This document shows, one piece after another, positions 32,390-46,567 of a stretch of DNA of 64,000 nucleotides. Each line of letters begins with the position of its first letter. Within the stretch, counting starts at the first letter, position 1. A program made the translations under genes and the position numbers. Under the pieces are notes generated by a model. That model had not been told where the DNA came from. It was given only the letters and a program-made list of their open reading frames with translations, and made no database searches. Source of the DNA: the human T2T-CHM13v2.0 reference genome, Homo sapiens; assembly GCF_009914755.1 (NCBI RefSeq), contig NC_060925.1; one strand, written 5' to 3'.

Positions 32390-33885
32390 TACCTACGTTC
32401 AATAAAGAAATTCAATACTGAACACAGAAGAAAATTTTCTTCATATAATTAATAAAATATAAATATCTATAGCAAATATACTCAATGACAAAATATTGGA
32501 AAAACAATTCCCTAAGAGGAAGACTAAAAAATTACATAAGTCTCTGTGCATCTTATTATCATCTGTTTATTTGTGAAAATATATTGAGATGTATAATTAT
32601 TTGTACATGGTTTAATACAACTAAAATAAGAAATACTGAAATACAACTTATATTTTTCAAATAATTATGGATAATTAAATTTTTAATTATAGATAAGTGC
32701 TTTCAAATATAGTAAAAATATGTATTGAAAACCTGTTGAAGTTAATAAGTGAAGTGAGTAAAATCTAGGATTTGAAATCAATGTTAAATATTAATAGTAT
32801 ATCTGTATACCAACGTTACAAATGGAAAACTAAATATACAAAAGCACAACAATAGCAATAAAGCTATTGAAGTATGCATATAATGTCTCTAGTGGGAACT
32901 AAAATACATAGCTGAGAAGAATTAAATAGGGTATAAATAAATGGAGAATTATACTATGTACATAGATTCAAAAAATCAATAAGACAAATAATAGTTGAAG
33001 GAAATTTAAAGAAGAAAAACTATGCTCAAGAATTTGCATTGCCAGATAAGACAATCTTTTAAAAATCGTGATAATTAACTGTATTACTGAAAGCATAGTT
33101 AAATAAACTAAGGCAATAGAATAGAAACTATATACCGTCATCTATTCATAACAAAGATGACACAACAGTTCAATGGGTGAACCTATAGTCTTTTTGGTAA
33201 ATAACTCCGGGTAACATTGAAAAAAATATATATTAGTCCCTAAACCATATACAAAATTCAAACTCAATGGATTGCAGATTTAAATATAAATGTCAAAACA
33301 CTAATATATTTGTATCTAAGAGATACGTAAAAACATCTCTGTGATTCTGGAAAATACAAAGTTTTAGCAAACATGAGGCAAAAACTGCCAATCATAAAGC
33401 AACATTTTTAAACACTGAATTAAATTAAAAACTTGTAATTTTGTTCACCAGGAGATACCATTTAAAAATGAAAATATAACCCATATAATTAAAGGAGATA
33501 TTTTCAATGCACATAGAATAAAACATCTTACATCGAAGATATAAAAGGAAATTTTACAAATTAATAATATTTTTAAAATGAGCAGAGAACATTAAGAGGT
33601 ACTTCACAAAAGATGAGCTCTAAATGACTGAAAGCAATACAGTACATTTGCATAAAATGCAAAGGTAGCAAACTAATGTGCATTCTGAGAAGTGAGATAC
33701 TGTAAAGTCTATTTTCACTACTTTTGGGGAATCGTGACTGGAAGGTAGTATTCTGAAGCTAGGGATGACAGATATTCTGTTTCTTGATCTGAGTGCTGAT
33801 TGCATGTATGTGTTTATTTGTGTAACTATATTGAGTTGAAATATTGTTATAATTGCTTTCCTCTGTGTATATTATACTTCAGAGT
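32390..33885 (+). mobile_element. L1ME-type ORF2 3' half and 3' end
   Basis: Decayed ORF2 and 3'UTR atattctgtttcttgatctgagtgctgattgcatg...tgtgtatattatacttc. Confidence 0.65.
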
Positions 33886-33925
33886 TAGTAATAGGAGGCA
33901 TAATATTTAAAAAATTGCTAAAACA

Positions 33926-34076
33926 GGCAGGGCACAGTGGGTCACACCTGTAATCCCAGCGCTTTGGGAGGCCGAGGTGGGTGGATCACCTGAGGTCAGG
34001 AGTTCAAGACCAGCCTGACCAACATGGTGAAACCCTTTCTCTACTAAAAATACAAAAATTAGCTGGGCATGATGGC
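33926..34076 (+). mobile_element. AluS, 3'-truncated (left arm, linker and start of right arm)
   Basis: ggatcacctgaggtcaggagttcaagaccagcctgaccaacatgg; stops at gatggc with no tail. Confidence 0.9.
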
Positions 34077-34204
34077 TAACAGAAAGTTAAAAATGGTCAA
34101 TATATTGAAATCATAGGAAAATAGAAACAAATCCACAGGTGAATCAGAAATTGAAGTTATAAGACTAGAATTTTAAAATAATTATGACAAATATATTTAA
34201 GTAT

Positions 34205-35975
34205 GTCTATTGTCACCATATCTATTTAATTATACTGGAATATCTAGTCAGTACAATAAAAAAGAAACAAAAGGTATAAAGATTGGAAATAAGTAATTCT
34301 GTCATTAGTTGTAAATGATATGATTGTGAATGTAGAAAATATTAGCCTATAAACAAAACAGTAGAAATAGTAAGTGTATTTATCAAAGCTATTGGATACA
34401 TGGTAAGTATTTAAACATGTATTTATGTACACTAGTAATCACACTTTGTTAATTAGCTGAAAAACGTACCACTTGAAATAGTATAAACATCATCACATAT
34501 CAAAGAATACATCTAATAAAAGATGAGCAAAAACCGTACATTAAAAACTTACAAATATTACAGAGGTAAATTAAAATAAACATAATAAATGAAGAACTAT
34601 AACATATTCATGGATTGGAAGACCCAATGTTGTTAATATGTTAATACTACATGTTATTCTATTTTCAATTGACTTCTTCTCTAAATGCCAGCAGGCTTTT
34701 GAGGGGAGTTGACAAAACTAAGTCAAATACACACACACACACACCATAAAACAGCTAAGATAATTTTCAAAAAAAAGCATGTTTGGTGTACTTGCATTGC
34801 CAGAAACGTGATATTGGTGTAAAGACAGGCAAATGGACCAATCAAAGAATAGAGTCCCAAACATTCACATGAACTCATGGTCACCTAATTGGTGATCTAA
34901 TTCAGTAGAAAAAGATGGCTATTATGTTAAATGATACTGGAAAAATGGGATATCACTGTAGAAAAAAACATAGTAAACCTTTCATGTTCTTAAATATTAC
35001 ATACAACCACAAGTACCAACTAAAAAGTTGATTTGACTCCATCAAAAATTTATTTTTTAAAACTTTTTAAAGTTAGACATTGGAAGGGTAAGCCACATGT
35101 TGGAAGAGTATATTTCCAACATAACTTGTACATAAAACACACAGAACTTCATGACCAGTAAGAAAAATATGGAAGACCCTGGGTAAGTGGGCAAATGCAT
35201 AGAGCACTACTTCTAGGATGTTTAAATGATTAATACGCAAAAAGCTGTTCAATATTATTAGTTCTTAGGAAAATAAGAATTAAAACCATCATAAAGCACA
35301 GCAAATGCATTGAAACGGCTAAAATTAATAACACAAACTATAATTATTGGTCAATGTATGGAACAACTTGGATTTCTTACATTTCTGGAGAGATTATAAA
35401 TTGGCATAACCACATTCAAAGAATGTTAAATGGTATACGATTAAGGTAAACATACTCCTATCCTCTGAGAGGGCAAATTAACACATAGGTCCATGCTCAA
35501 AACCAATGAAATGCAAATGTGCACCAAATTGTGTACAAAAATATTTATGGTATGAAGACAATAATTGGGAACAAGTCAAAAAGTTGTCAACATAGAGAGA
35601 AAAAGTAAATTGCAATATTTTCATAAAGCAAAGTTAACTACATAGCTATAGAAATGAAAAAAAATCTGCTACGTGTAATGACTTAAACACAACTCAGACA
35701 TAGCTGATGAAGAAAATCAGGAATAAAACGATGTATCTTCTATAATTTTATTAATTTTTAATTCAGGAACAGGCAAAATTAATCCACACTTATAGCCAAA
35801 AAGGAGTTATATTTGGGTAACTGATATTTTCTGGGATTTGTGGAGATTATAATATTCTACATTTTAATCTAAATGGTTGTTCCATAATACATTCATATGT
35901 AAAAATTAAAAGACTTTCAAATTTAAGATTAATGTCCTTTAGTGTTCCATGAAGAGATGTTGTACCTCAGCAATT
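34205..35975 (+). mobile_element. L1M (MC/MD-type) ORF2 3' half and 3' end
   Basis: catattcatggattggaagacccaatgttgttaatatg; 3' end catatgtaaaaatt...ttaagattaatgtccttta. Confidence 0.65.
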
Positions 35976-36535
35976 GTTCACTAAAGCAGTGTTCAATTAA
36001 TAAATATGAGACATATATCTGAAAGTTGAATGTTTGATAAAATGATTTAAACATATGTCAATAGGTAAGATTTTTTTGAAACTTGCAACTTGGATAGAAA
36101 ATAAATTATGTAGTTATATTTATTTTCAATAATAAAAATAACAAATTGTAACTAGTCCAATAAATATTTCCAATTTTCTAAAACAATTTTACTCTTTTTT
36201 CCTTACAGTATCAGCATTATTCATTATTAATAAGTAATCTTTGCCTGCTCATTTCTTTCATAGAAATTGCTCTCTGAATCTTACTATTACTATGTGTTTT
36301 TAAAACTATATAACTTTTATTACTTCTTAATCTGACAATATCTGAAATGGTCAGAAGACAGAGATAAAGAGGTACACTTTTTTTTAACTTGTGGTGCAAA
36401 CATTTGACACTTGACATATAGATCTATCCTCTAAATAAATGTGTGAATGTATAATACAGTCTTCTTAACTATAGGCACACTATTGTACAGATCTCTAAAA
36501 GTTATTCATTTGCACAAATGAAAGTTTATGAAATT

Positions 36536-36641
36536 TTAGAATCCCCCATGTGGTTCCATTTTTATAAATACCTTAACTTTTTAATTTTAATTATAGGACT
36601 GGGAAGGCTTTGATTTGTAATTCAGCAAGCTTTCAACTCAT
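36536..36641 (+). repeat. About 105-bp direct copy of 40453-40557
   Basis: Manual alignment: about 11 differences, about 90% identity. Confidence 0.9.
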
Positions 36642-36786
36642 TGCTGAGCAGCAATTCCTATTTCCCTCTCCCCAAAGTGCCTGGCACCTACCATTCTACT
36701 CTCTGCTTCTATGTGCTTGACTATTTTAGATATCTCAGTTAAATGAAATCATGTGAGTGTGACTGGCTTATTTTGTTTAGCATAAT

Positions 36787-37081
36787 TGTTGCAATCTGCT
36801 TAGTCCCTGGTTCAGCTAGGTTTGAGTTCTTGTCACATGACCAAGAAGAATGAGGCACAGAGACAAAAGAGAATGAGTAGAATTTATTAGGCTGGGACTA
36901 TCCCTTCTCAGCAGACATCCTGACTCAAGGGGAAGTTCTTAACCACATTTATTCCCAATAGCTGTAGAGGTGGTGCAGGTGTTGTCCCATGGTTGTTCCC
37001 TTGAACATCGCCTTTCTCTGTCCTTCTTCCAAGACGCTCCCTCTCTATCTGCCTACCCAGCCCTAACTGCCTCGTCTGTCA
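36787..37081 (-). mobile_element. ERV1-class solo LTR, 295 bp, family not assigned
   Basis: TG...CA ends, 4-bp TSD TAAT (36783-36786 and 37082-37085), antisense AATAAA, host L1 continuous across it. Confidence 0.8.
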
Positions 37082-37396
37082 TAATGTTCTTAATTTTCGT
37101 CCATGAAACTCAAGAATTTCTTTTTTAAAGGCTGAATAATATTTCATTGAATGTGTACAGTATTTTTTCATTTTCCACTCATGCATCAATGGACCAGGTA
37201 TTTCTATATCTTGGCTATTATGATTAGTGCTGCAATAAATGTGGGAGTGAAAATATCTCTTTGAAATCCAGATTCAATTATTTTGGATAAAGAGCCAGAA
37301 GTAGGATTGATGGATCATATGGTAGGTCTACTTTCAATTTTTGACGAACCTCTAAACTGCTTTCCACATTGGCTGCACTGTTTTATATTCCCATCA

Positions 37397-37449
37397 ACTG
37401 TGCACAAGAGTTGCGATTTCTCCACTGTGCACAAGAGTTGCGATTTCTC
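37397..37449. repeat. 27-bp tandem duplication
   Basis: actgtgcacaagagttgcgatttctc twice. Confidence 0.95.
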
Positions 37450-40400
37450 TACATCCTTTTAAACACCTCTTTGATACTATAGCAAAAGTCTGTATTCTAA
37501 AGAACTCATCATACTTAAATGGAGCTATTTTCTGGAAAATGTTACCCCACTGATTAACTGTATATTTATGATATATAGATATAAACAAATATGCAGATAA
37601 AACAGAGTAAGTGCTTTATTCCTTAAAGTCAGTAGTTAGTCTACTTTAAGATCACATTTGTTAAGACAGAAGAAATTAATAGAAAGAAAGATTGGGATGG
37701 CTAGCTTAAAATACTGGTTGAGTTACAATGGCTTAGCAGTTTCCTTCGATAAAGTATATTATTTATTTTCCAGCACTGTTTCAATGCTTGCTGCAATTTT
37801 AGCTGCTTGAAGTATTAAAATTATAGTCCCTATAGTCAATAATTCACCAGCTATATTACAGAAAAATGTAAGTGTAAGACCTGGGGTTTAGGTATTATTT
37901 TCCAAATCCTGTCTTGAGACGGCATTACTTTTCTGAATATTCATATATATTTTATTATATTGTGAAAGCTATATGTACTGTGTGACTAGAGATCAGAGAC
38001 ATAGTCTTTATAATATATTTCATAGACTGCCACACTAAGATTATCTTACTCTTGACAAATATCAATGCCTTGTATTTTGTTATAAATCCATTGAAAATAT
38101 AATACTTTTCTGAAAATATATCTCAATCTGTGTTTATGACCGTCCAGTTATGAAACAAGTATACTCTGATTACACCAAAAAAGAGTTTATGGCTATTACA
38201 TCATTTTCTTATTTGCCCTTGATGTGATTTTTGAAAAAGGAATCAATACATCCATGCTCGAAGTGTTGCAAGTACATGGATTAGGTAGGTGAACTCATTA
38301 ATTGCTGCAATTCTTTTTATTATGCATCTTTTTAAGTATAAAACTATGTTCTATATCATATCAAAATAAAGAAATATTTTAAATCATAACAATTCCCAAA
38401 ATACCTATTTTTGTTTAATATAGCTTTATGTTTGTGTAAATATTGATGACTCTGAAATAAATACAGCAGAATAAGTCTATGGGAACTGTCTTGAACTTGT
38501 TTCTTAAATAATATAGTTCAAAATATTTATTTATTGTACTGTGTGCACTAGGAACTCGGAGAGAATTTTGTCTATTGTTATTTTTAAGTAAATCTATACT
38601 TTATTATGTGCATATATTTTATTTGGTGTCAACCATAATATTTGTCATCTTGACAATTCTCCTCAGTAAAACTAGATCATGATACTTTTGGAAAATATTG
38701 TTTGGGGAATTATAATTATGATTCCTACAATTGGAGAAATAAGACTCATTTTTATATCATATTTTAGTAAAAGAGAAAGGGTATCCAAATGTGAGTTTGT
38801 ATTTAAACATAAGTATGTGGCATTTTCTGGAAAAAATTTTCTGAAGTGTATGAATAATTACAAAAATCAAATAATGCTTAAAATAAGTTAGATTCCTCAT
38901 GCGTATATCCTTTCAATTTCTAGTGTTTATTATGGCATGCTCAAAATTACTCAGAATATTTAAGGGGTTAGTGTTATGCCAGAGGGAAATACACATGTAC
39001 CAGTTTCTCACAAGTATTAATAATGGGAGTGAAACCTGGGACATTTTCAGACACAGTCTTTCTAGGTCAGGGAACCAATAGAAGATTCAAATCCTGAAAA
39101 TAGAACGTTCACTTAAAATCTAAGTCAGAACTGCATTTGTAATTACTGCCTTTAATTAGCACCTTTCTCTGTTCAAGTAGCACAGTGTTGTTTTATAGCC
39201 AAGGAAATGTATATGTATAAACTAAGGCCAAAAAGACCTCTAGAAGTCTTGATAATGCCATTTCGGTTAAATGACCTCTGATCTCTTTTGAGAAGACAAG
39301 GAGAAGACATATTGCTGTGGTGGTTTATAGCATCCTTTCTCAATGAGACATGACTTCCTGTTCATTCAACTAGTCTATGACTGTTTCAAGTCAGGAAATT
39401 TTTCTCGATTGAAGCTATTCAAATCGGTCACCGATTCTCAGTTCTAGGAATTTTCACCTGCACAATTAAAGGAGAATTTTGGGGCACTCCATCTGTTTCA
39501 GTCTTCAGCATATCATGATCCATTAGCCACTGACAAAAACATTTGCAGGTTAAAACATTCTGCTTACTAAATCAACCCTCTTTTCATTCCAGTAAGCTTG
39601 CCTACGTTGTCTCCAGTGCCAAAGATATGCAGCTTGCCTTTTGTCGCTTCAGAAATTTATGTCACTGAAATCGGGAAACCCATTTGAACAGTGGCATCTC
39701 TCACAATTATATTCTGCTAGTAGTGGGGAGACATTGCAAAACTTCTCAAAGATATTATCCCCACACCGTGCCATATCCTCAATGCATTTCCTAATGCCTT
39801 TTGAAGAAATATTTTTTTGGTCAATCCACGTAAAATGCTTTTTTGGATGTTAAGCAGTTTGCAGGCACATGGGTAGTACTATCTCCATAAGCTTTGTGAT
39901 TCCTTCCCATATATTACATGGAGCTGTGCTACTTCAAACCCATTTAATATAGGCCATGTATGAATCTGTGCTTAAGTTAAACCAAACTTATTCTTCATTT
40001 CTAGTTATCAAGATAACATAATGAATCTACAGTCCAGAATTTCTATGTAAGTAAACCCATTTGGATAAATTCATCCTGATTCAATGTTATGCTCCTTTTT
40101 GTTCCTGATCTGACATACTATATCCCTGCATGTATTCCCATGATTCTGACAGCATAATTTTGTAAACTCATACCAGATTTTCAGTTTGTATGCTACATCC
40201 CAATACAGACTTTGTAGTTGCATCTCCACTCACCCCCAATGAGATCTACTTGGATTTAAATTTAATTATTAGTGATGTAGCAATGAGAGGTGACTGAGGT
40301 AGGTTGTGAGGAGAAATGTTTATAAGACAATTGCCAAAGGGAGATTGTTAAAGATATGTCAGCAGGGAAACTAACCTGAGAATGGAAAGGAGAGACTACT

Positions 40401-40860
40401 TCTCCAACTGAGGAAGTTTAGAGGGAAGTAGGGTTTAAGGCACATAGACCCATTAGAATCCCCCATGTGGTCCCACTTTTATAAATACCTTAACTTGCTA
40501 ATTATAATTAAGGACAGGGAAGGCTGTTATTTGCAATTCAGCAAGCTTTAAACTCATACATTGTGTCTAATTTTCTGAAATATTTGTATTGTGTCTTAAA
40601 AGAGCCAAGAACTTATTTCAAGGAAGTATAGAAACCCTCTGATTCTCTGAACATGATTGGAAATGTGAATTTAAATTCATGAGATTCTCCTTTTCTTTCT
40701 GTAATCTTTCTAAGGCATTCCAAAGGGGCTAATGCAAAACAAAGTATTTAAATTATTATTTATGCCATAATATTTTATTGTACCAGTCAATTGTCTCTCA
40801 CTACCTGATTTTCAACAAAAGCAATAGAAACTTTATTTCATTCATTACCTTCAGATATTT

Positions 40861-40950
40861 TATACATGTATGTATGTGTGTGTGCGTGTGTGTGTGTGTA
40901 TATATATACGTACATATACACATACACACATGCACACACACATACACACA
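40861..40950. repeat. (TG)n-(TA)n-(CA)n compound microsatellite
   Basis: Direct reading; alternating purine-pyrimidine and quasi-palindromic. Confidence 0.9.
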
Positions 40951-41590
40951 GTGTTACCACATGCTACATTTTCAAGAATCCTATTCTTTATTGCTGACAA
41001 TTTAATTCCTGTCTTCAAATCCATTCAGGTCGGATTACCTACCACAAATTCCTATCTTTGAAGCTGCATTTCCTGGAAATATTCTCAATCCTAAATAACA
41101 TATTAGCTATGATATACTCAGTGAAACATAATACATTCTGTTTTGAATGGCTTATTTATGCCAGAGTCTACACAATTGAGGTTAGTCTTTCTATTGATTT
41201 CTGAGAAAAAGTGTGGAAGTACTTTTATTTAGCTTTTACAATATGCTCAGAATTCCAGGGAAAGTAGTACCATCTTCAGATTTCTTAACAGATATGAAAT
41301 AAGCCTACTTTCCAATATTTAAACAGTTGTAAATTGGGTTGAAATTCAGGTTTGGTCTCACTTTGAAACATCTATTTTTCGTGATAAAATTGAGCCTCAT
41401 TAATTTTATCATATTATGTTCTAGTTTATTTTCTTCTCATGTCCACTGTTCCTAGAAATAGATTGCAATCCTGTCAGGTGTTAATATCTTTCAAGTTGTT
41501 GTTTTTTTTTTCCTAATAATTTGGATAAAAATGAAGAAAAGCTGGGGGCAAATACTAGAAATAACCATTGAAACTATGGCAGTGGGCAAC

Positions 41591-41645
41591 CCAGAGACAG
41601 AATTACATGCCAGAGACAGAATTACAACCCAGAGACAGAATTACA
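41591..41645. repeat. Three copies of ccagagacagaattaca, 19-bp period
   Basis: Copies start at 41591, 41610 and 41629. Confidence 0.95.
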
Positions 41646-41740
41646 TTATCAAAAACAGAGTTGAGAACTGAGTCTTGAATTATTAAATTCTTAATACGTT
41701 TGAGCTAAAAATATTTTTGTAATTATTTTCCCTAACAAAT

Positions 41741-44113
41741 TTTATTAGTTCATTCCCACACTGCTTTAAAGAACTGCCCAGGATTGGATAATTTATAAAG
41801 GATAAAAGTTTAATTGACTCAAATTTCAGCATGGCTAGGGAGGTCCTAGGAAACTTACAATCATGGGAGAAGGTGAAGGGGAAGCAAGGCACCTTCTTTT
41901 CAAGTGGCAGGAAGGAGAATGAACACAAGAGGAACTACAAAACATTTATAAAACCATCAGATCTCATGAGAACTCACTCATTATCCTGAGAACAACATGA
42001 GGAAAACTATCTCCATGATCCAATTACCTCCACATGGTCTCTCCCTTAACACATGGGGATTATGGGGATTATAACAGTTATAATTCATGATGAGATTTGG
42101 GTGGCTACACAAAGCCTAACCATATCATTCTGCCCCTGGTTCCTCCCAAATCTCATGTCCCTTTCACATTTCAAAACCAATTATGTCTTCCCAATAGTCC
42201 CCCAAAACCTTAATTAATTCCAGCATTAACCCATAAGTTCAAATACAAAATCTCACCTGAGACAAGGCAAGTCCATTCTACCTAGGAGTCTGTAAAATCG
42301 AAAGGAACTTAGTTACTTCCTAGATGCAATCAGGATATAGGCATTGGGTAAATACACCTGTACCAAATGGGAGAAATTGGACAAAACAAAGGGGCTAAAG
42401 GCCCCATGCAAGTCTGAAATCCAATAGGGCAGTCTTTAAACCTTAACGTTCCAAAATGATTCCCTTTGAATCCATGTCTCACATCCAGGTCACATGGATG
42501 CAAGAGATGGGGCTACCACCACCATAGGCAGCTCCACCCCTGTGGCTTTGCAGGGTACAATTCCCTCTTGTCTTCTTTCACAGACAGACATGGAGCATCT
42601 GTGGCTTTTCCAGGTGCATGGTGCAAGCTGTTGGTGGACCTACCATTCTGGGTTCTGGAGGATGGTGGCCCTTTTCTCTCACTTCCACTAGGCAGAACTC
42701 CAGGAGGGACTCTGTGTGGGGCTCCAGCCCCACATTTCCCTAATGCAGTGTCCTAGCAGAGGTTCTCCATGAGGACTCCACCCCTGTAACAAACTTCTGC
42801 CTGGATATCCAGGAGCTTCCATACATCCTCTGAAATTTAGGTGGAGATTACCAAACCTCAATCCTTGATTTCTGTGCACCCACAGGCTCAACACCACATG
42901 AAGCCCACAAAGGCCTGGGGCTTGCAACCTCTGAAGCAGCAGGCTGAGCTATATGTTGGCCCCTTTTAGTCATGGCTGGGATGCAGGGCACCAAGTCCTG
43001 AGACTGTACAAAGCCACAAGGTCCTGGACTCGGCCCACAAAACCATTTCTTCTCCTAGGCTTCTTTACCTATGATGGGAGAGGCTGCTGTGAAGGTCTCT
43101 GACATGCCCTGGGAACATTTTCTCCATTGTCTTGTGATTTACAATTGGCTCATTGTTACTTATGCTAATTTCTGGGGCTGACTTCAATTTCTCTCTAGAA
43201 AATGGGTTTTGCTTCTCTTTTGCATCCTTAGGCGGCAAATTTTCCAAATTTTTATGCTCTGTTTCCCTTTTAAACATAAGTTCCAATTTCAAACCTTCTC
43301 TGTGAATATATAAAACGGAATGCTTTTAAGAGCACCCAGGTTATATCTTGAACACTTTGCTGCTTTGAAACTTCTTCTGCCTGATACCATACAGCACCTC
43401 TCTGAATTTCAAAGTTCCACAGATCTCTAGGGCAGGAGCAAAACGTCTCCAATCTCTTTGCTAAAGCATAGCAAGAGTGACCTTTGCTCCAGTTCCCACC
43501 AAGTTCCTCATCTCCCTCTGAGAATACCGCAGCCTGGACTTCATTTTCCATATCACTATCAGCATTTTGGTCAAAGCCATTCAAGAAGTCTCGAAGAAGT
43601 TCCAAACTTTCCTGCATCTTCCTGTCTTCTACTGAACCCTCCTAACTATTTCAACCTCTGGCTGTTACCCAGTTCCAAAGTTGCTTTCACATTTTCATGT
43701 ATCTTTATAGTATCACCCCCCTAACTCAGTACCAATTTGCTGTATTAATCCATTTTCACACTGCTATAAATAACTGCCTGAGACTGGATAATTTATAAAG
43801 GCAAAAGGTTTAATTGACTAACAGTTCAGCATGGATGGGGAGGCCTCAGGGAACTTACAATCATGGAGGAAGACAGAGGAGAAACAAGACCCCTTCTCCA
43901 TAAGGTGGCAGGAAGTAGAATGAATGCAGGAGGAACTACCAAACACGTATAAAACCTCAGATCTTGTGAAAACTCAGTCAGTACGGGGGAAACTACCCCC
44001 TTGATCCAATTACCTCTACCTGGTCTTTCCCTTCACACTTGGGGATTATGGGAATTATGGGGATTATAATTCAAGATCAGATTTGGGTGGGGACACAAAG
44101 CCTAACCATATTA
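41741..44113 (-). mobile_element. Full-length THE1 (THE1D-like) MaLR provirus
   Basis: LTRs at 41741-42127 and 43741-44113 (t(t/g)tatta...cctaaccatat(c/t)a) flank a 1.6-kb internal region; ORF remnant LELLRDFLNGFDQNADSDM. Confidence 0.92.
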
Positions 44114-45473
44114 TACATAATATTCATTGTAACTTTAACAGATACCTATTTTTCCTCATACTGTTGTAAAATGCCTGCTATAGAGTAGATGTTTAAAACC
44201 AATGTGGAGTTAGTGGAATTATGCTTCATTGCTTATTAAACAATATCATATTTCAAATATTTAAAATGTTTTCAACTAAATCATATGTAATTGTGATCAT
44301 TTTAGAAGTAAAAAAAAAACCATGAGTTTAACATTGTAATTGCTTATTATTATCAAAGAACCTCTCCACCCAAAAAATATTATTAGAATTTATTTTTATG
44401 CTTTGAATATAATATATTCCATTGTAAATTTTATATCCAAGAGAAACTCTTATATATCTATATCAGAAAACCGTAATGAAAAAAATGCATAGTAGTGTTG
44501 TTTATAAAAACAAAAATTATAAACAACCAAATAATTTTTACCAGATAACATATAATGAAACCATATAATAGAATATTACAAATCAGGAAAATGAAGAAAC
44601 CATAGCTGTATACAGAAAACTTACACTGTTGAGTGAAAAATTATGTATCAGATGATGACTATGTCAATTATATTAACAAGAGGAACAAGAGAGCACTGTC
44701 AAGTTAGAATAATTTGAAGAGGATATACTTAGGAAGCTGGAGCTGTGGGCTATTAAATAGGAGAGAATTGCAACCTGGGACCTAGCAGGTGCAGGGCCAC
44801 TACTTCCTTTGGAGACTGGCTCTGTCACTTCTATTTATTACCCACTAGAAACTTCTGTCTTAAGTCTAGGTATAAAATTTCAACTTCTTTGCATTTTAAT
44901 AAAGTGGCAGTTTAAACAATAACTAGCTTTAACATCTTTTATTTTGATTTAAAGAAATGCATACTAGACAAAAATGGCAGAAACTGCTTTTGAAAGAAGT
45001 AAATATTTTCCACTCAGAATGTTAGGTGTTTTTAGATACTTTTTTTTTTTTGCTTTTTCCATGAAATTAAAGATTAATTTACAGATTTGGAATATAAAGG
45101 CTTGAGAAAAATAACTGAACTGCTCATTTAACTATGACAAGCAGAGATATTTAAGTCCAGGTTATCAATATTCAGTTTGAGTAACATCAGTAAAGTTAAA
45201 AAGACCATCTCAAGTTTACAGTATTTTAACTGATTTCTGGTTTTCATAAAATGGTTTAATACTAATTTTAATACATTATTTTCATAAATTCAATCAGATT
45301 CAAAGGTGACCAAATTATTTTATTTATATGCTTTAAGGATGTCTTAGTGTTTCATGTACAACAAGAGATTCAATAGTTTTGTAAACCTAAGGAAATAAAG
45401 AATGTGAAGAAACAAAATAGAATCAAATCTGTAATTATATGTCTTGCTGTAAATGTGCTACATATATAGTCTA

Positions 45474-45821
<348 letters not shown>

Positions 45822-46334
45822 TTAATTAAAATCGTTTAAGAAATGTGATTTTCTACTTCATTCTACACATTTTAAATCTTTTTTGAAAACAATGTTTGAG
45901 GACATGTACTCAAATTAGAGACCACTGGAAGGAAGAGCAAATGAGTCACTCAACATTTAGCATTTAAATTCTTAAATATTCAGGCTAATATTGATCCAAC
46001 CCCATAATCCACATTCTGTAGATTTATGTTTTCTAGATATACACCTAACTAATGATTTCTAACATGTGTGATATTAAGAACTCTGAAATACTATCCTAGA
46101 TTTATCTGTGCACAGTACTACAGTTTCTATGATAAATAATACAGTTATGTTTTTTCAATTAGCCAATGACATTTTAGAATTATATTTTGCCAAGAGGTCC
46201 TTATTGACTGGATTCAATCAGATTCCACTTTATTTTGATCAGCTAAACGAAGAAGTAATATTGGCTTTACCTTTTAACGAGAGTATTCCGAAATGGTTAT
46301 TTTGTTGGCTAAAAAGGGTTTTTATTCATAGGAA

Positions 46335-46565
46335 TGCATATATATTTATATATGCATATATATAATGTATAAACATATAATGTATACACATGTATACACA
46401 TATAATGTATATGCATGTAACATATGCAAATAGTATATTTTATATACATACATGTGTATATATAATGTATATAATGTAATATAATGCACTTATTGCTACA
46501 TTTTAGTTATCTTTCTATGTAATATATATTTATAGATATATATAGTTATATATACATATATATAA
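46335..46565. repeat. (TA)n-rich low-complexity tract
   Basis: Direct reading. Confidence 0.85.
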
Positions 46566-46567
46566 AG

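Larger units (their letters stand above)
36410..37470 (-). mobile_element. L1MA9-like 3' fragment carrying two nested insertions
   Basis: ttaactataggcacactattgtacagatctc...accattctactctctgcttctatg...ccagaagtaggattgatggatcatatggtagg. Confidence 0.8.

Noticed and set aside
36185-36215. Strong-looking 3' splice site (ttttactcttttttccttacag)
   Set aside because: No downstream open frame or convincing donor; such tracts are common in AT-rich DNA
41591-41645. Repeat-spacer pattern as a CRISPR-like array
   Set aside because: Eukaryotic context, 2-nt linkers, only three units, no cas genes
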